Part shown: positions 1 through 9,499 of the stretch, piece by piece
Position numbering within the stretch: position 1 is the stretch's first letter
Layout: each line of letters begins with the position of its first letter
From: Tepidanaerobacteraceae bacterium
GTDB lineage: Bacteria; Bacillota; Thermosediminibacteria; Thermosediminibacterales; Tepidanaerobacteraceae
Length of the DNA: 32,000 nt
Assembly: GCA_050949705.1 (NCBI GenBank)
Contig: JBMNGG010000021.1
Coordinates: 18,845 to 50,844 of the forward strand
Direction: 5' to 3'
Notes under the pieces: generated by a model
Seen by the model: the letters and a program-made list of their open reading frames with translations, nothing else
Databases searched by the model: none
What the model was told of the DNA's origin: nothing
Position numbers and translations under genes: made by a program

Positions 1-347
1 GTATACTTAATTGTGGTATAGAAATAAATGCTCAACCACCAGGAAAAAAATTACAAAAGCTTTCACTTCTTTCAGGAGGGGAAAGGGCTCTAACAGCAAT
101 TGCACTGCTTTTTAGTATTTTAAATACTAAAGCTACACCATTTTGTGTTCTTGATGAAATAGAAGCTGCCCTTGATGATGCAAATATTGAACGTTTTACT
201 AAATATTTAAAAAAGGTATCAGAACATACTCAATTTATTATTATTACTCACCGTAAAAGTACAATGGGTGTAGCCGATGCATTATATGGTATTTCTATGG
301 AAGAAACTGCTGTTTCTAAAGTATTAGCTGTTAAAATGGAAGAATAA
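1..347 (+). CDS. smc: Chromosome segregation protein SMC, C-terminal fragment (5' end lies outside the window)
   Basis: The frame is open from the window edge (codons from nt 3) to TAA at 345-347. The translation has the SMC/ABC signature LSGGERALTAIALLF and Walker B FCVLDEIEAALD. It sits directly upstream of ftsY, as in Bacillus. Confidence 0.85.
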   Translation, partial: ILNCGIEINAQPPGKKLQKLSLLSGGERALTAIALLFSILNTKATPFCVLDEIEAALDDANIERFTKYLKKVSEHTQFIIITHRKSTMGVADALYGISMEETAVSKVLAVKMEE

Positions 348-398
348 AATGTAAAAATTTATATTTACAACATAAGAAGGAGTGTGTAAACAAATACA

Positions 399-1295
399 AT
401 GGGTTTTTTTGATAAATTAAAGCAAGGGTTAAGTAAGACAAGAAATAGTCTTAATGAAAGGTTAGAAAACATTTTAAAATTTAGTAGCAATAAAATTGAC
501 GAAGAAACTTTTGAGGAACTGGAAGAACTGTTGATTTCGGCTGATGTTGGTGTTAATACAACACAGGAATTAATGGATAGGTTGCGGGAGCATTCTAAAA
601 AGATCAGCAGCACAGAAGAGTTAAAACATCTTTTAAAACAAGAAATTTTAAGCCTTTTCCCTAAACAAGGTGTTTCAATGACATATCCGACTATTATATT
701 GGTTGTTGGCGTAAATGGTGTTGGAAAAACTACTTCCATCGGCAAATTAGCTAACAAATACAAAATAGAAGGGAAAAAAGTTTTGTTAGCAGCTGCTGAC
801 ACCTTTAGGGCAGCGGCAGTAGAACAACTAGAAATTTGGGGTCAACGAGTGGGCGTAGATGTAATAAAACATCAAGAAGGTGCAGATCCTGCATCGGTTT
901 TATTTGATGCATTACAAGCTGGCAAAGCAAGAAAAGCTGATGTTGTTATTTGCGATACAGCTGGGAGACTTCATACAAAAAAGAATTTAATGAATGAACT
1001 TAAAAAACTTAATAAAGTATGTCATAAAGAGTATCCCGAAGCCAATGTTGTAAGTCTTTTGGTTTTAGATGCTACTACTGGGCAAAACGCCCTTGTCCAA
1101 GCCCGGATGTTTAAAGAAGCAGTAGACTATTCTGGTATAATTCTAACAAAACTAGATGGTACAGCAAAAGGAGGAATAGCGATTGCTATTACTTCTGAGT
1201 TAAAAATACCGGTTTGGTATATAGGTATTGGAGAAGGAATAAATGATTTACATGAGTTTAATCCAAAAGACTTTATAGAGGCCATTTTTGCTTAG
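399..1295 (+). CDS. ftsY: Signal recognition particle receptor FtsY (short Firmicute form)
   Basis: 298-aa ORF with SRP-GTPase motifs GVNGVGKTTSIGKLA, DTAGRLH and TKLDGTAKGG. The N-terminus MGFFDKLKQGL is typical of FtsY. The SD AGAAGGAG (375-382) lies an unusually long 16 nt from the ATG. Confidence 0.95.
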   Translation: MGFFDKLKQGLSKTRNSLNERLENILKFSSNKIDEETFEELEELLISADVGVNTTQELMDRLREHSKKISSTEELKHLLKQEILSLFPKQGVSMTYPTIILVVGVNGVGKTTSIGKLANKYKIEGKKVLLAAADTFRAAAVEQLEIWGQRVGVDVIKHQEGADPASVLFDALQAGKARKADVVICDTAGRLHTKKNLMNELKKLNKVCHKEYPEANVVSLLVLDATTGQNALVQARMFKEAVDYSGIILTKLDGTAKGGIAIAITSELKIPVWYIGIGEGINDLHEFNPKDFIEAIFA

Positions 1296-1314
1296 TTTCT
1301 TTCAAAAAAAATGG

Positions 1315-1343
1315 TTGACGATCTATTAGACTTAATGTAAAAT
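1315..1343 (+). promoter_or_regulatory. Putative sigma-A-type promoter for ylxM-ffh
   Basis: TTGACG (1315-1320), a 17-nt spacer, then TAAAAT (1338-1343) with TG at 1336-1337. It lies in the 85-nt ftsY-ylxM gap. Confidence 0.4.
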
Positions 1344-1380
1344 ATCTAATGTAAAGGATAAATACTTTACAGGTGATATA

Positions 1381-1740
1381 TTGGATAAAATTACAAAACT
1401 TAATCTTTTGTTTGATTACTATGGAGATTTTTTGACAAAAAAGCAAAAGGATATATTTGAACTATACCATATAAATGATTTATCATTAGGTGAAATTGCT
1501 GATAATAAGGGTATATCACGGCAAGGTGTTTATGATATCCTTCAGCGAACTGAGCACATTTTGTATAATTTTGAGGAAAAGCTCGGTATGGTTGCAAAGC
1601 ATTTTACACAGAAAAAGGAGATTGAAGAAATACTTACGATACTAAAGAATTTAAAGCCGGGAATTTCTTATGAATACCAGGAAGTTTATAAACAGGTTTT
1701 TAATCGTGTTGTTTCATTGTTAAAGGAAGGTGGTGGTTAA
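1381..1740 (+). CDS. ylxM: YlxM/UPF0122 helix-turn-helix protein (SRP-operon associated)
   Basis: 119-aa ORF with a TTG start after AGGTGA. It has a sigma-70 region-4-like HTH (LSLGEIADNKGISRQGVYDILQRT). Its position immediately upstream of and overlapping ffh is conserved. Confidence 0.85.
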   Translation: MDKITKLNLLFDYYGDFLTKKQKDIFELYHINDLSLGEIADNKGISRQGVYDILQRTEHILYNFEEKLGMVAKHFTQKKEIEEILTILKNLKPGISYEYQEVYKQVFNRVVSLLKEGGG

Positions 1741-3082
1741 GCTGGCTTTTGAGTCGCTCACGCAAAAACTAGGTGGTATATTTAAAAAACTCAGAGGAAA
1801 AGGGAAGTTATCGGAAAATGACGTTAAGCAAGCAATGAGAGAAGTTAGGCTTGCTTTGCTCGAGGCAGATGTAAACTTTAAAGTTGTAAAAAGTTTAGTT
1901 TCAAGGATTACTGAACGATCTGTTGGTCATGAAGTGATGGAAAGCTTGACACCAGCCCAACAAGTCATAAAGATTGTTAATGAAGAACTCACATCTCTTA
2001 TGGGTTCGAAAGAAAGTGGAATAAATTTTTCTACTAATGATATAACTACTATTTTGCTTGCTGGCCTTCAGGGGTCTGGAAAAACAACTACTGCTGGCAA
2101 ATTAGGCAAGCTGTTAGCTAAACGCGGAAAAAGACCGCTTTTAGTAGCTGCTGATATATATCGTCCAGCAGCTATAACTCAGTTACAAGTAGTAGGAGAA
2201 AAAGTTGGTTTACCTGTTTTTACAATGGGAAAGCAAAATCCTGTTGATATCTCTAAAGCATCATTGGAATATGCTAGAAAACATAATCGTGATGTAGTTA
2301 TTATTGATACCGCTGGGCGATTGCACATTGATGATGATTTGATGAAGGAACTGTCAGAAATTGCAAATAGTGTAAATCCCAATGAAATAATGCTTGTTAT
2401 TGATAGTATGACAGGGCAAGATGCTGTTAGCGTTGCAGAGGAATTTAATAAAAAACTAGAATTAACAGGTCTTATTTTAACGAAATTAGATGGTGACAGC
2501 CGTGGAGGGGCTGCTCTTTCCGTTAAGGCTGTTACCGGGTGCCCTATTAAATATGCGGGTATGGGTGAGAAACTTGATGATTTGGAGGTATTCCACCCTG
2601 AAAGAATGGCTTCAAGAATTCTCGGTATGGGTGATGTTTTAACACTTATAGAAAAAGCGACTGAGGATTTAGATATAAAAAAGGCTAAAGAATTAGAGCA
2701 GAGAATAAAAAATCAGTCTTTTGATTTAAATGATTTTTTGGATCAACTATCACAAGTTAAGAAAATAGGCTCATTTGATCAAATTTTAAATATGATACCG
2801 GGATTTTCACCACATAAGTTAAAAGGTGTTGAATTTGATGAAAAAGAGATGGACCGTGTTGAAGCCATTATCAATTCCATGACTTTGGAAGAAAGAAAAA
2901 ACCCATCCATCATTAATGGAAGCCGTCGAAGAAGAATAGCTAGAGGAAGTGGGACGGCGATTCAAGATGTTAATCGACTGCTAAAGCAGTATGAGCAAAC
3001 CAAAAAAATGATTAAACAATTTACAGGAGTCGAAAAGAGCCGCAAAAAAGGCAGGCATAAATTTCCCTTTTTCGGCTTTTAA
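1730..3082 (+). CDS. ffh: Signal recognition particle protein Ffh
   Basis: 450-aa ORF with motifs [21 protein letters not shown] and [14 protein letters not shown], and an M-domain ([15 protein letters not shown], Met-rich C-terminus). The start is uncertain: GTG 1730, GTG 1733, or CTG 1742, which would give the canonical MAFESL N-terminus. Confidence 0.95.
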   Translation: MVVKLAFESLTQKLGGIFKKLRGKGKLSENDVKQAMREVRLALLEADVNFKVVKSLVSRITERSVGHEVMESLTPAQQVIKIVNEELTSLMGSKESGINFSTNDITTILLAGLQGSGKTTTAGKLGKLLAKRGKRPLLVAADIYRPAAITQLQVVGEKVGLPVFTMGKQNPVDISKASLEYARKHNRDVVIIDTAGRLHIDDDLMKELSEIANSVNPNEIMLVIDSMTGQDAVSVAEEFNKKLELTGLILTKLDGDSRGGAALSVKAVTGCPIKYAGMGEKLDDLEVFHPERMASRILGMGDVLTLIEKATEDLDIKKAKELEQRIKNQSFDLNDFLDQLSQVKKIGSFDQILNMIPGFSPHKLKGVEFDEKEMDRVEAIINSMTLEERKNPSIINGSRRRRIARGSGTAIQDVNRLLKQYEQTKKMIKQFTGVEKSRKKGRHKFPFFGF

Positions 3083-3096
3083 AAGGAGGTGAAGTA

Positions 3097-3381
3097 ATGG
3101 CAGTAAAAATTAGATTAAAACGCATGGGTGCAAAAAAAAGACCTTTTTATAGAGTTGTTGTAGCTGATAGTCGCATGCCGAGGGATGGGAGATTCATAGA
3201 GGAAATTGGTTATTATAATCCATTAACCGATCCCATAGAAGTAAAAATTAACGAGCAAAAAGCTACAGATTGGCTTAACAAAGGTGCCACTCCCACAGAT
3301 ACAGTAAAGCACTTATTCAAAAACCTAGGGATTTTGGTAGATAAAAAGGAAAAAAAACAGGAGTCTGAAATTGAGGCTTGA
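3097..3381 (+). CDS. rpsP: 30S ribosomal protein S16
   Basis: 94-aa ORF starting [26 protein letters not shown], with AAGGAGGTG 5-6 nt upstream of the ATG. Confidence 0.95.
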   Translation: MAVKIRLKRMGAKKRPFYRVVVADSRMPRDGRFIEEIGYYNPLTDPIEVKINEQKATDWLNKGATPTDTVKHLFKNLGILVDKKEKKQESEIEA

Positions 3382-3428
3382 GCCCCTAAATTTAGTTGAT
3401 CATTTTGGACCTAAAGGAGGAAATATCC

Positions 3429-3656
3429 GTGATTGAATTAGTCGAATACATCGCAAAATCCTTGGTGGACAATCCTGAAAATGTTTCTGTAAACCAAGTT
3501 GAAGGCGAACAATCTATCATTCTGGAACTTAAGGTTGATCCGGAAGATATGGGTAAAGTTATTGGTAAGCAAGGTCGAATAGCTAAGGCTATCCGCACTG
3601 TAGTAAAAGCAGCCGCCGCCAAGGATGGTAAGAGAGTTGTAGTAGAGATTATATAA
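3429..3656 (+). CDS. khpA: KH-domain RNA-binding protein KhpA (YlqC family)
   Basis: It has the KH GxxG motif VIGKQGRIAKAIRTVV. I placed the start at GTG 3429, 8 nt after AAGGAGG, rather than at the track ATG 3396. The resulting ~75 aa fits the family, and the position after rpsP is conserved. Confidence 0.8.
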   Translation: MIELVEYIAKSLVDNPENVSVNQVEGEQSIILELKVDPEDMGKVIGKQGRIAKAIRTVVKAAAAKDGKRVVVEII

Positions 3657-3662
3657 TTTTGG

Positions 3663-3685
3663 GGGTTGGTATAACCAACCCTTTT
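3663..3685 (+). terminator. Stem-loop plus T4: putative intrinsic terminator or attenuator after khpA
   Basis: GGGTTGGT (3663-3670), loop ATA, ACCAACCC (3674-3681), then TTTT (3682-3685). The 8-bp stem is perfect. Confidence 0.5.
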
Positions 3686-3755
3686 CATAATACTAATTAT
3701 TGTATTTCAAGGGAAAATACTTATTAAGGTCCTTTTTAAGATAAGGAGAATAGCC

Positions 3756-4277
3756 TTGAAAGATCAAGAATATCTGACGGTGGGCAGAATACTGTCCCCT
3801 TGGGGTGTTAAAGGACAATTTAAAGTTGAACCTATGACCGATGATCCAAAGAGATTTCGAGAATTGAGAGAAGTTCTGCTCGAATTACCCGATGATATAA
3901 CTTTTTACCAAGTTGAATCAGTCATTTTTGTGAAAGGTGATCTTCCGGTGTTGAAGTTAAAAGGAATTAATTCAAGAGAAGAGGCACAAAGATTAAGAGG
4001 ATGTTATATAAAAATCCATAGAAAAGATGCAATTAAATTACCGGAGGGTCGTTACTTCATATGTGATATTATAGGTCTTACGGTTGAAAATGAATTTGGC
4101 GAATCATTGGGAACTGTTGTAGATGTGCTTCAAACAGGAGCCAATGATGTATATATAGTAAAAACACCAAATAAGAAGGAAATTCTCATCCCTGCTATAA
4201 AACAAGTGGTTAAAGTCATAGATTTAGAAAACGGTAAAATGATTATTAGACCACTGGAGGGGATGTTAAATGATTAA
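3756..4277 (+). CDS. rimM: 16S rRNA processing protein RimM
   Basis: 173-aa ORF with a TTG start after TAAGGAGA. The N-terminus [25 protein letters not shown] and a PRC-barrel C-terminus fit RimM. It overlaps trmD by 8 nt. Confidence 0.9.
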   Translation: MKDQEYLTVGRILSPWGVKGQFKVEPMTDDPKRFRELREVLLELPDDITFYQVESVIFVKGDLPVLKLKGINSREEAQRLRGCYIKIHRKDAIKLPEGRYFICDIIGLTVENEFGESLGTVVDVLQTGANDVYIVKTPNKKEILIPAIKQVVKVIDLENGKMIIRPLEGMLND

Positions 4278-5028
4278 TATCCACATTTTAACATTGTTTC
4301 CCGAGTTCTTCGATGGTCCTTTCAATGTAAGTATAATCAAACGTGCTTGTGATAAAGGATTAATAAATATCGATATTATTAATATAAGAGATTTTTCTAA
4401 AGATAAACATAGAAAAGTCGATGATTACCCCTATGGCGGGGGATGTGGAATGGTCATGAAACCGGAACCAATATTTGATGCTGTTGAGTTTGTGGAAAAC
4501 AAAATTGATAGCACAAACCGTAGAATTATCCTGTTATCCCCCAAAGGCAAAACTTTTAACCAAACATTAGCAAGGGATTTATCGAAAGAAAAGCATTTAA
4601 TTTTAATTTGTGGTCATTATGAGGGTATAGATGAAAGAGTAAAAACATTAGTAACTGATGAAATTTCCATTGGCGATTATGTTTTGACCGGAGGAGAAGC
4701 ACCAGCTCTTGTGATTGTAGATTCTACAATTAGATTCATCCCAGGTGTTTTAGGAAGTAGGGAGTCTTCAGCAAATGATTCTTTTTCCGAAGGGCTTTTA
4801 GAATATCCACATTATACAAGACCAGAGAATTATAGAGGTCTTAAAGTCCCGGATATACTTCTTTCCGGAAATCACAAGGAAATAGAACTCTTTAGACGTA
4901 AGGAAGCACTTAAAAGGACCTATGAAAAGAGGCCAGATCTTTTTAACAAATTAAAACTGACTAAGGATGATATAAAGCTCTTACAACAGGCTTATAGTTC
5001 ACCGGAAGAACCTCTTAATAATAGTTGA
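4270..5028 (+). CDS. trmD: tRNA (guanine37-N1)-methyltransferase TrmD
   Basis: 252-aa ORF with motifs [27 protein letters not shown] and [16 protein letters not shown]. Confidence 0.95.
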   Translation: MINIHILTLFPEFFDGPFNVSIIKRACDKGLINIDIINIRDFSKDKHRKVDDYPYGGGCGMVMKPEPIFDAVEFVENKIDSTNRRIILLSPKGKTFNQTLARDLSKEKHLILICGHYEGIDERVKTLVTDEISIGDYVLTGGEAPALVIVDSTIRFIPGVLGSRESSANDSFSEGLLEYPHYTRPENYRGLKVPDILLSGNHKEIELFRRKEALKRTYEKRPDLFNKLKLTKDDIKLLQQAYSSPEEPLNNS

Positions 5029-5057
5029 TTGTCAAGGGGAATTGGTTATGTTATAAT
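5029..5057 (+). promoter_or_regulatory. Sigma-A-type promoter for rplS (extended -10)
   Basis: TTGTCA (5029-5034), a 17-nt spacer, then TGtTATAAT (5049-5057). This leaves a ~55-60 nt 5' UTR before the rplS GTG. Confidence 0.6.
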
Positions 5058-5119
5058 ATGGTTTGTTGCAAAGACTATTCTTAGACATTTAATATAAAGA
5101 GTATAAGGAGGGAAGTCAC

Positions 5120-5461
5120 GTGGATTTGCTCAGTTTTGTAGAACAAGATCAGATAAAAAAAGATATCCCTGATTTTAGACCGGGAGATACAGTTAGTGTT
5201 TATACGAAGGTTGTAGAGGGTAACCGGGAACGTATACAGGTATTTGAAGGAACTGTCATCGCCAGAAAAGGTGGTGGGTTAAAGGAAACATTCACTGTTC
5301 GCAAGATATCCTATGGGGTAGGCGTTGAGAGAGTTTTTCCTCTAAATTCACCACGAATCGATAGAATCGAAATTGTAAAAAAGGGTAAAGTGCGTAGAGC
5401 TAAGCTGTATTACATGAGAAAATTAAGAGGAAAGGCTGCAAGAATAAAGGAGAGGGACTGA
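5120..5461 (+). CDS. rplS: 50S ribosomal protein L19
   Basis: 113-aa ORF with a GTG start 7 nt after AAGGAGGG. It contains [39 protein letters not shown]. Confidence 0.95.
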   Translation: MDLLSFVEQDQIKKDIPDFRPGDTVSVYTKVVEGNRERIQVFEGTVIARKGGGLKETFTVRKISYGVGVERVFPLNSPRIDRIEIVKKGKVRRAKLYYMRKLRGKAARIKERD

Positions 5462-5481
5462 TTACAGTCCCTTTATTATTT
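5453..5481 (+). terminator. Putative intrinsic terminator overlapping the rplS stop
   Basis: AGGGACTG (5453-5460), loop ATTA, CAGTCCCT (5465-5472), followed by a T-rich tail TTATTATTT. Confidence 0.55.
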
Positions 5482-5497
5482 CTTAGAGGTGAAAACC

Positions 5498-6340
5498 ATG
5501 GACATACAATGGTACCCCGGCCATATGGTAAAAACAAAAAGAGTTATTAAAGAGAACTTGAAGCTTGTGGATATTATATTAGAACTTATTGATGCACGGG
5601 CCCCCCTCAGTACACATATTCCTGATATTGACAGTTTACGGGGAAACAAGGAATTAATTATGTTGCTAACCAAATCAGATTTAGCTGATAAAACAATAAC
5701 TGACATGTGGATAGACTACTTTAAAAAAAAAGGTATTAAAGCAATTGCTATTGATGCCATAAGAAAAACAGGTTTTAAAAAACTTTATAGTTTGATTCAA
5801 GGTTCTAAGAAAAAAACCTTATTAAGTTCGACTAGATGTATGGTCATAGGTGTTCCAAATGTCGGTAAATCCTCTCTACTCAATCAGATGGCTGGAAGAA
5901 AAAGTGCGAAAGTTGCTAATACGCCTGGTGTGACTAGAAGTAAAATGTGGCTTAAAGTTGATAGAAATTTAGAATTATTGGACACACCTGGGATTCTATG
6001 GCCAAAGTTTGAGGATAAAGCTACAGGAATTAAATTAGCTATTTTAGGATCAATTAAAGAAGAATTATTAAACATTGAACAACTTTCGATAATCCTCTTA
6101 CAATTCTTGTCTTCAAATTATCCTGAGAATCTAATAAATAGATATAAAGTCAATTTAGAAATGACCCCCTATGAGATGCTGGAAAGAATATCGCAAAATC
6201 GCCAATTTTTAATTAGCGGTGGCGAGCTTGACTTAGAAAGGAGCGCAAAAACCGTAATTAGCGAGTTTAGACGGGGTTTGTTAGGGGCAGTGTCTCTAGA
6301 AAAACCTGAAGAAAAAGAAGGATTTTGGTATCAAATATAG
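5498..6340 (+). CDS. rbgA: Ribosome biogenesis GTPase A (YlqF/RbgA, circularly permuted GTPase)
   Basis: It contains QWYPGHMVKTKR, then TKSDL, then GVPNVGKSSLLN, then DTPGILWPK (permuted G4-G1-G3 order). I chose ATG 5498 (RBS AGAGGTG) over the track GTG 5489. Confidence 0.9.
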   Translation: MDIQWYPGHMVKTKRVIKENLKLVDIILELIDARAPLSTHIPDIDSLRGNKELIMLLTKSDLADKTITDMWIDYFKKKGIKAIAIDAIRKTGFKKLYSLIQGSKKKTLLSSTRCMVIGVPNVGKSSLLNQMAGRKSAKVANTPGVTRSKMWLKVDRNLELLDTPGILWPKFEDKATGIKLAILGSIKEELLNIEQLSIILLQFLSSNYPENLINRYKVNLEMTPYEMLERISQNRQFLISGGELDLERSAKTVISEFRRGLLGAVSLEKPEEKEGFWYQI

Positions 6341-6371
6341 AATCAACATATTGTTTAAGGGGTGTCAACTG

Positions 6372-7004
6372 ATGAATATAGAAAAAGAAAAAACTAGATT
6401 GTCAAGACTATATGATATGGAAAGAGAAATAAACCATAAAGGTTACACTTTAGTCGCTGGGGTAGATGAAGCTGGACGTGGTCCTTTAGCTGGTCCCGTT
6501 GTAGCAGGTGCCGTTATCCTTTCATTAGATTCTCTAATAATTGATTTAAAGGATTCGAAAAAAATAAGCGAGAATAAGCGAAATAAGGTTTATAAAAATA
6601 TTCAAAATAACGCTGTGGCTTATGCTTATGATGTAGTAGATGTAGAATACATAGACAAACATAATATTTTAAATGCTACTTTATTGGCAATGAGGAATGC
6701 TATAGAGAAATTGCCAATAAAACCTGATTTTATTTTGGTTGACGCATTAAAAATCCCTGAAATAAACATACCCCAAAGATCAATACGCCATGGTGATAAT
6801 CTTTGTGCATGTATTGCAGCTGCTTCTATAGTAGCTAAAGTGGAAAGGGATCGAATTATGAAAAAATATGATTCTATTTTTCCAGGATATGGTTTTTTAA
6901 AAAATAAAGGATACGGAACCAAAGAACACATTGATTCTATAAAAAAGCATGGAATATCCCCTATTCATCGCCGGAGTTTTAATGTAAAGGGGCTTGATGT
7001 ATAA
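6372..7004 (+). CDS. rnhB: Ribonuclease HII
   Basis: It contains GVDEAGRGPLAGPVV and the C-terminal KGYGTKEHIDSIKKHG...HRRSF. I chose ATG 6372, 9 nt after AAGGGG, over the track TTG 6351. Confidence 0.9.
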   Translation: MNIEKEKTRLSRLYDMEREINHKGYTLVAGVDEAGRGPLAGPVVAGAVILSLDSLIIDLKDSKKISENKRNKVYKNIQNNAVAYAYDVVDVEYIDKHNILNATLLAMRNAIEKLPIKPDFILVDALKIPEINIPQRSIRHGDNLCACIAAASIVAKVERDRIMKKYDSIFPGYGFLKNKGYGTKEHIDSIKKHGISPIHRRSFNVKGLDV

Positions 7005-7007
7005 AAA

Positions 7008-7361
7008 ATGAGCAACAAGCAAATTGGTACATTAGGTGAAGATTACGCGGTAGAACACTTAAAAAGCAGTAATTATAAGATACTCGCAAGAAATTTTTCT
7101 TGTAAGTATGGAGAAATAGATATAATAGCGAAGTACAAACATACTATAGTTTTTGTCGAAGTTAAAACCCGGAGGTCAGAGAACTTTGGTAAGGGAATGG
7201 AAGCAGTTAATTATCATAAACAACAGAAGATAAGAAAAGTGGCACTATTTTTTTTAAAACAAAACTATACTACTTTTTCCGGATTAAGGTTTGATGTAAT
7301 AGATATAATGATGAAAAGTGATGATTGTGTTCAAGTAGAACATGTTGTAAATGCTTTTTGA
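7008..7361 (+). CDS. yraN: YraN family (UPF0102) endonuclease-like protein
   Basis: 117-aa ORF containing GEDYAVEHLK...YKILARNF...GEIDIIA...VFVEVKTR, a restriction-endonuclease-like fold signature. The position after rnhB is conserved. Confidence 0.8.
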   Translation: MSNKQIGTLGEDYAVEHLKSSNYKILARNFSCKYGEIDIIAKYKHTIVFVEVKTRRSENFGKGMEAVNYHKQQKIRKVALFFLKQNYTTFSGLRFDVIDIMMKSDDCVQVEHVVNAF

Positions 7362-7374
7362 GAGGGGGGATTTT

Positions 7375-8913
7375 ATGCTGGCTAAGGTTAAAAGTTGTTC
7401 AATCTACGGCCTTGAAAGTTTTTTAGTAGATGTAGAAGTAGATATTTCCAATGGCTTGCCAGCTTTTGATATAGTAGGTTTACCCGATGCCGCAGTAAAG
7501 GAGTCACGGGAGCGAGTGAGGGCGGCTATTAAGAACCAAAGCTTTACTTTTCCCATAAAGAGAATTACACTAAACTTAGCTCCGGCGGATATAAAAAAAG
7601 AAGGGCCACATTTTGACTTGCCTATAGCTTTGGGAATATTAGCTGCTACTGAACAAATGCCTCAAGATTTATTAAACCAATATGCAATAATTGGAGAATT
7701 ATCTTTAGATGGCAGAATAAGGCCGGTAAATGGCGTTTTACCTATGGCTATTGGGATTAAGGAAAAACAGTTAAAAGGCATAGTAGTACCATGGGAAAAT
7801 GTTGAAGAGGCTGCGGTTATAAGAGGGATAGAGGTTATCGGTGTAAGTTCATTAAGTGAAGCAGTTGATTATTTTAACGGCGAGTTACAAATGGGTTGTA
7901 ATGATATTCTTAATAGCTGTGAAAAAAAAGTCGATCCAGTGTATGACGGGGATTTTTCAGAAGTAAAAGGTCAAGAGAATTTAAAGAGGTGTCTTGAAAT
8001 TGCTGCTGCCGGACATCATAATGCTGTGATGATTGGTTCTCCTGGTTCAGGGAAAACTATGATTGCGAGACGTATTCCAACTATATTACCTTCAATGACT
8101 TTTGAGGAATCATTAGAACTTACAAAAATTTATAGTATTTCCGGCTTGCTAGCGCGTCATTCAGGATTAATGGTAAAGAGACCCTTTAGATCGCCGCATC
8201 ATACAATTTCTACTGTAGGAATGGTAGGTGGAGGTCGCATTCCTAAACCTGGCGAGATTACCTTAGCCCATCATGGAGTGCTTTTTCTTGATGAGCTACC
8301 TGAATTCCCCAGAGAGGTCTTAGAATTATTACGCCAACCATTAGAGGATGAGGAGATTACTATAGCTCGTGCACATTCCACTGTAACATTTCCTTCTAAG
8401 TTTATGATGGTTGGAGCAATGAATCCGTGTCCGTGCGGGTTCTACGGTGATCCTTTTCACGAATGTAGTTGCTCGCCTAGTCAAATACATAGATATCTCT
8501 CTAAAATATCAGGTCCTTTGATGGATAGAATTGATTTACAATTAGAAGTTGCCTCTGTTAAGTTTTCAGATTTTGAAGAATCCATATCTATGGATTCCAA
8601 GACTATTAAAAAACGAGTTGAAGATGCGAGAATTATCCAATTAGAACGGTATAAGAAACATGGCATTTACTGTAATTCTCAACTCACACCAGGCCTTATT
8701 AACAAGTATTGTAAGTTAGATAAGTCTGGAAAGCTCCTTATGAAGCAAGCATATAATAAAATGAAACTTAGTGCTCGAGCTTATAATAAAATTTTAAAGG
8801 TGGCTCGAACCATAGCGGATTTAGATAATAAAGAGTCAATAAAAGATACTCATTTAGCTGAAGCATTACAGTATAGAAATGTTGATAAATATTTTCAGAC
8901 ACTTAGAATGTAA
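7375..8913 (+). CDS. comM: YifB/ComM family Mg-chelatase-like AAA+ ATPase
   Basis: It has an N-terminal Lon-like domain, Walker A GSPGSGKTM, Walker B GVLFLDELPEF, a Cys cluster NPCPCGF...HECSC, and a Mg_chelatase C-terminal domain. I chose ATG 7375 after GAGGGGGGA. Confidence 0.9.
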   Translation: MLAKVKSCSIYGLESFLVDVEVDISNGLPAFDIVGLPDAAVKESRERVRAAIKNQSFTFPIKRITLNLAPADIKKEGPHFDLPIALGILAATEQMPQDLLNQYAIIGELSLDGRIRPVNGVLPMAIGIKEKQLKGIVVPWENVEEAAVIRGIEVIGVSSLSEAVDYFNGELQMGCNDILNSCEKKVDPVYDGDFSEVKGQENLKRCLEIAAAGHHNAVMIGSPGSGKTMIARRIPTILPSMTFEESLELTKIYSISGLLARHSGLMVKRPFRSPHHTISTVGMVGGGRIPKPGEITLAHHGVLFLDELPEFPREVLELLRQPLEDEEITIARAHSTVTFPSKFMMVGAMNPCPCGFYGDPFHECSCSPSQIHRYLSKISGPLMDRIDLQLEVASVKFSDFEESISMDSKTIKKRVEDARIIQLERYKKHGIYCNSQLTPGLINKYCKLDKSGKLLMKQAYNKMKLSARAYNKILKVARTIADLDNKESIKDTHLAEALQYRNVDKYFQTLRM

Positions 8914-8963
8914 TACATTATACTACAATATAACAATATATTTAATAACAAAGGAGGATTTAT

Positions 8964-9494
8964 ATGTCTAACAAAAAAGGATTGGTCTTGGTATATACTG
9001 GTGATGGTAAAGGAAAAACGACTGCATCTCTAGGTCTTGCACTACGTGCTGCAGGTCATGATCAATCAGTTTATATTTTACAATTCATGAAAGGTGATGA
9101 AAATTACGGTGAGGTTCAGGCTATACGAAAATACCTTCCTAAAGTAGAGTTAAGTCAAAAAGGTCTTGATAGTTTTGTCAAAAAAGGTGATCCTAGCCCG
9201 CAAGATTTGAAACTAGCAAAAGAGGGATTGTCTTTGGCAAAAGACATTATATTATCTAAAAAATATGATTTGGTGATTTTAGATGAAATTAATGTAGCTG
9301 TTGATTATGGCTTGGTTGCAGAGCAAGATGTTCTGGATTTAATAAAAATAAAACCAGAAACTACTACATTAGTTTTAACGGGAAGGAATGTATCAGAAAG
9401 AATAATTGAGCAGGCTGATATGGTAAGCGAAGTGAAAGAAATTAAACACCACTATAAAGAAGGGATAGTAGCTCAGCCTGGAATAGAGTTTTAA
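8964..9494 (+). CDS. cobO: CobA/CobO/BtuR-family ATP:corrinoid adenosyltransferase-like P-loop protein
   Basis: 176-aa ORF with GLVLVYTGDGKGKTTASLGLALRAAG, QFMKG...GE, LVILDEIN, LTGRN, ADMVSEVKEIKHHY and GIEF at the C-terminus, all hallmarks of the family. The RBS is AAAGGAGG. Confidence 0.8.
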   Translation: MSNKKGLVLVYTGDGKGKTTASLGLALRAAGHDQSVYILQFMKGDENYGEVQAIRKYLPKVELSQKGLDSFVKKGDPSPQDLKLAKEGLSLAKDIILSKKYDLVILDEINVAVDYGLVAEQDVLDLIKIKPETTTLVLTGRNVSERIIEQADMVSEVKEIKHHYKEGIVAQPGIEF

Positions 9495-9499
9495 AAAAG

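Noticed and set aside
375-401. The 16-nt SD-to-ATG spacing for ftsY and a possible mini-ORF starting at GTG 382.
   Set aside because: The GTG abuts the SD with no spacer, and the 12-codon frame has no supporting features. The ATG at 399 gives the canonical FtsY N-terminus. The long spacing is noted but is not evidence of a regulatory uORF.
5058-5119. An L19 autoregulatory leader RNA in the rplS 5' UTR, as described for Bacilli.
   Set aside because: A ~60-nt UTR exists downstream of a good promoter, but I could not identify a convincing conserved stem by eye. A covariance-model search would be needed, so I do not claim it.
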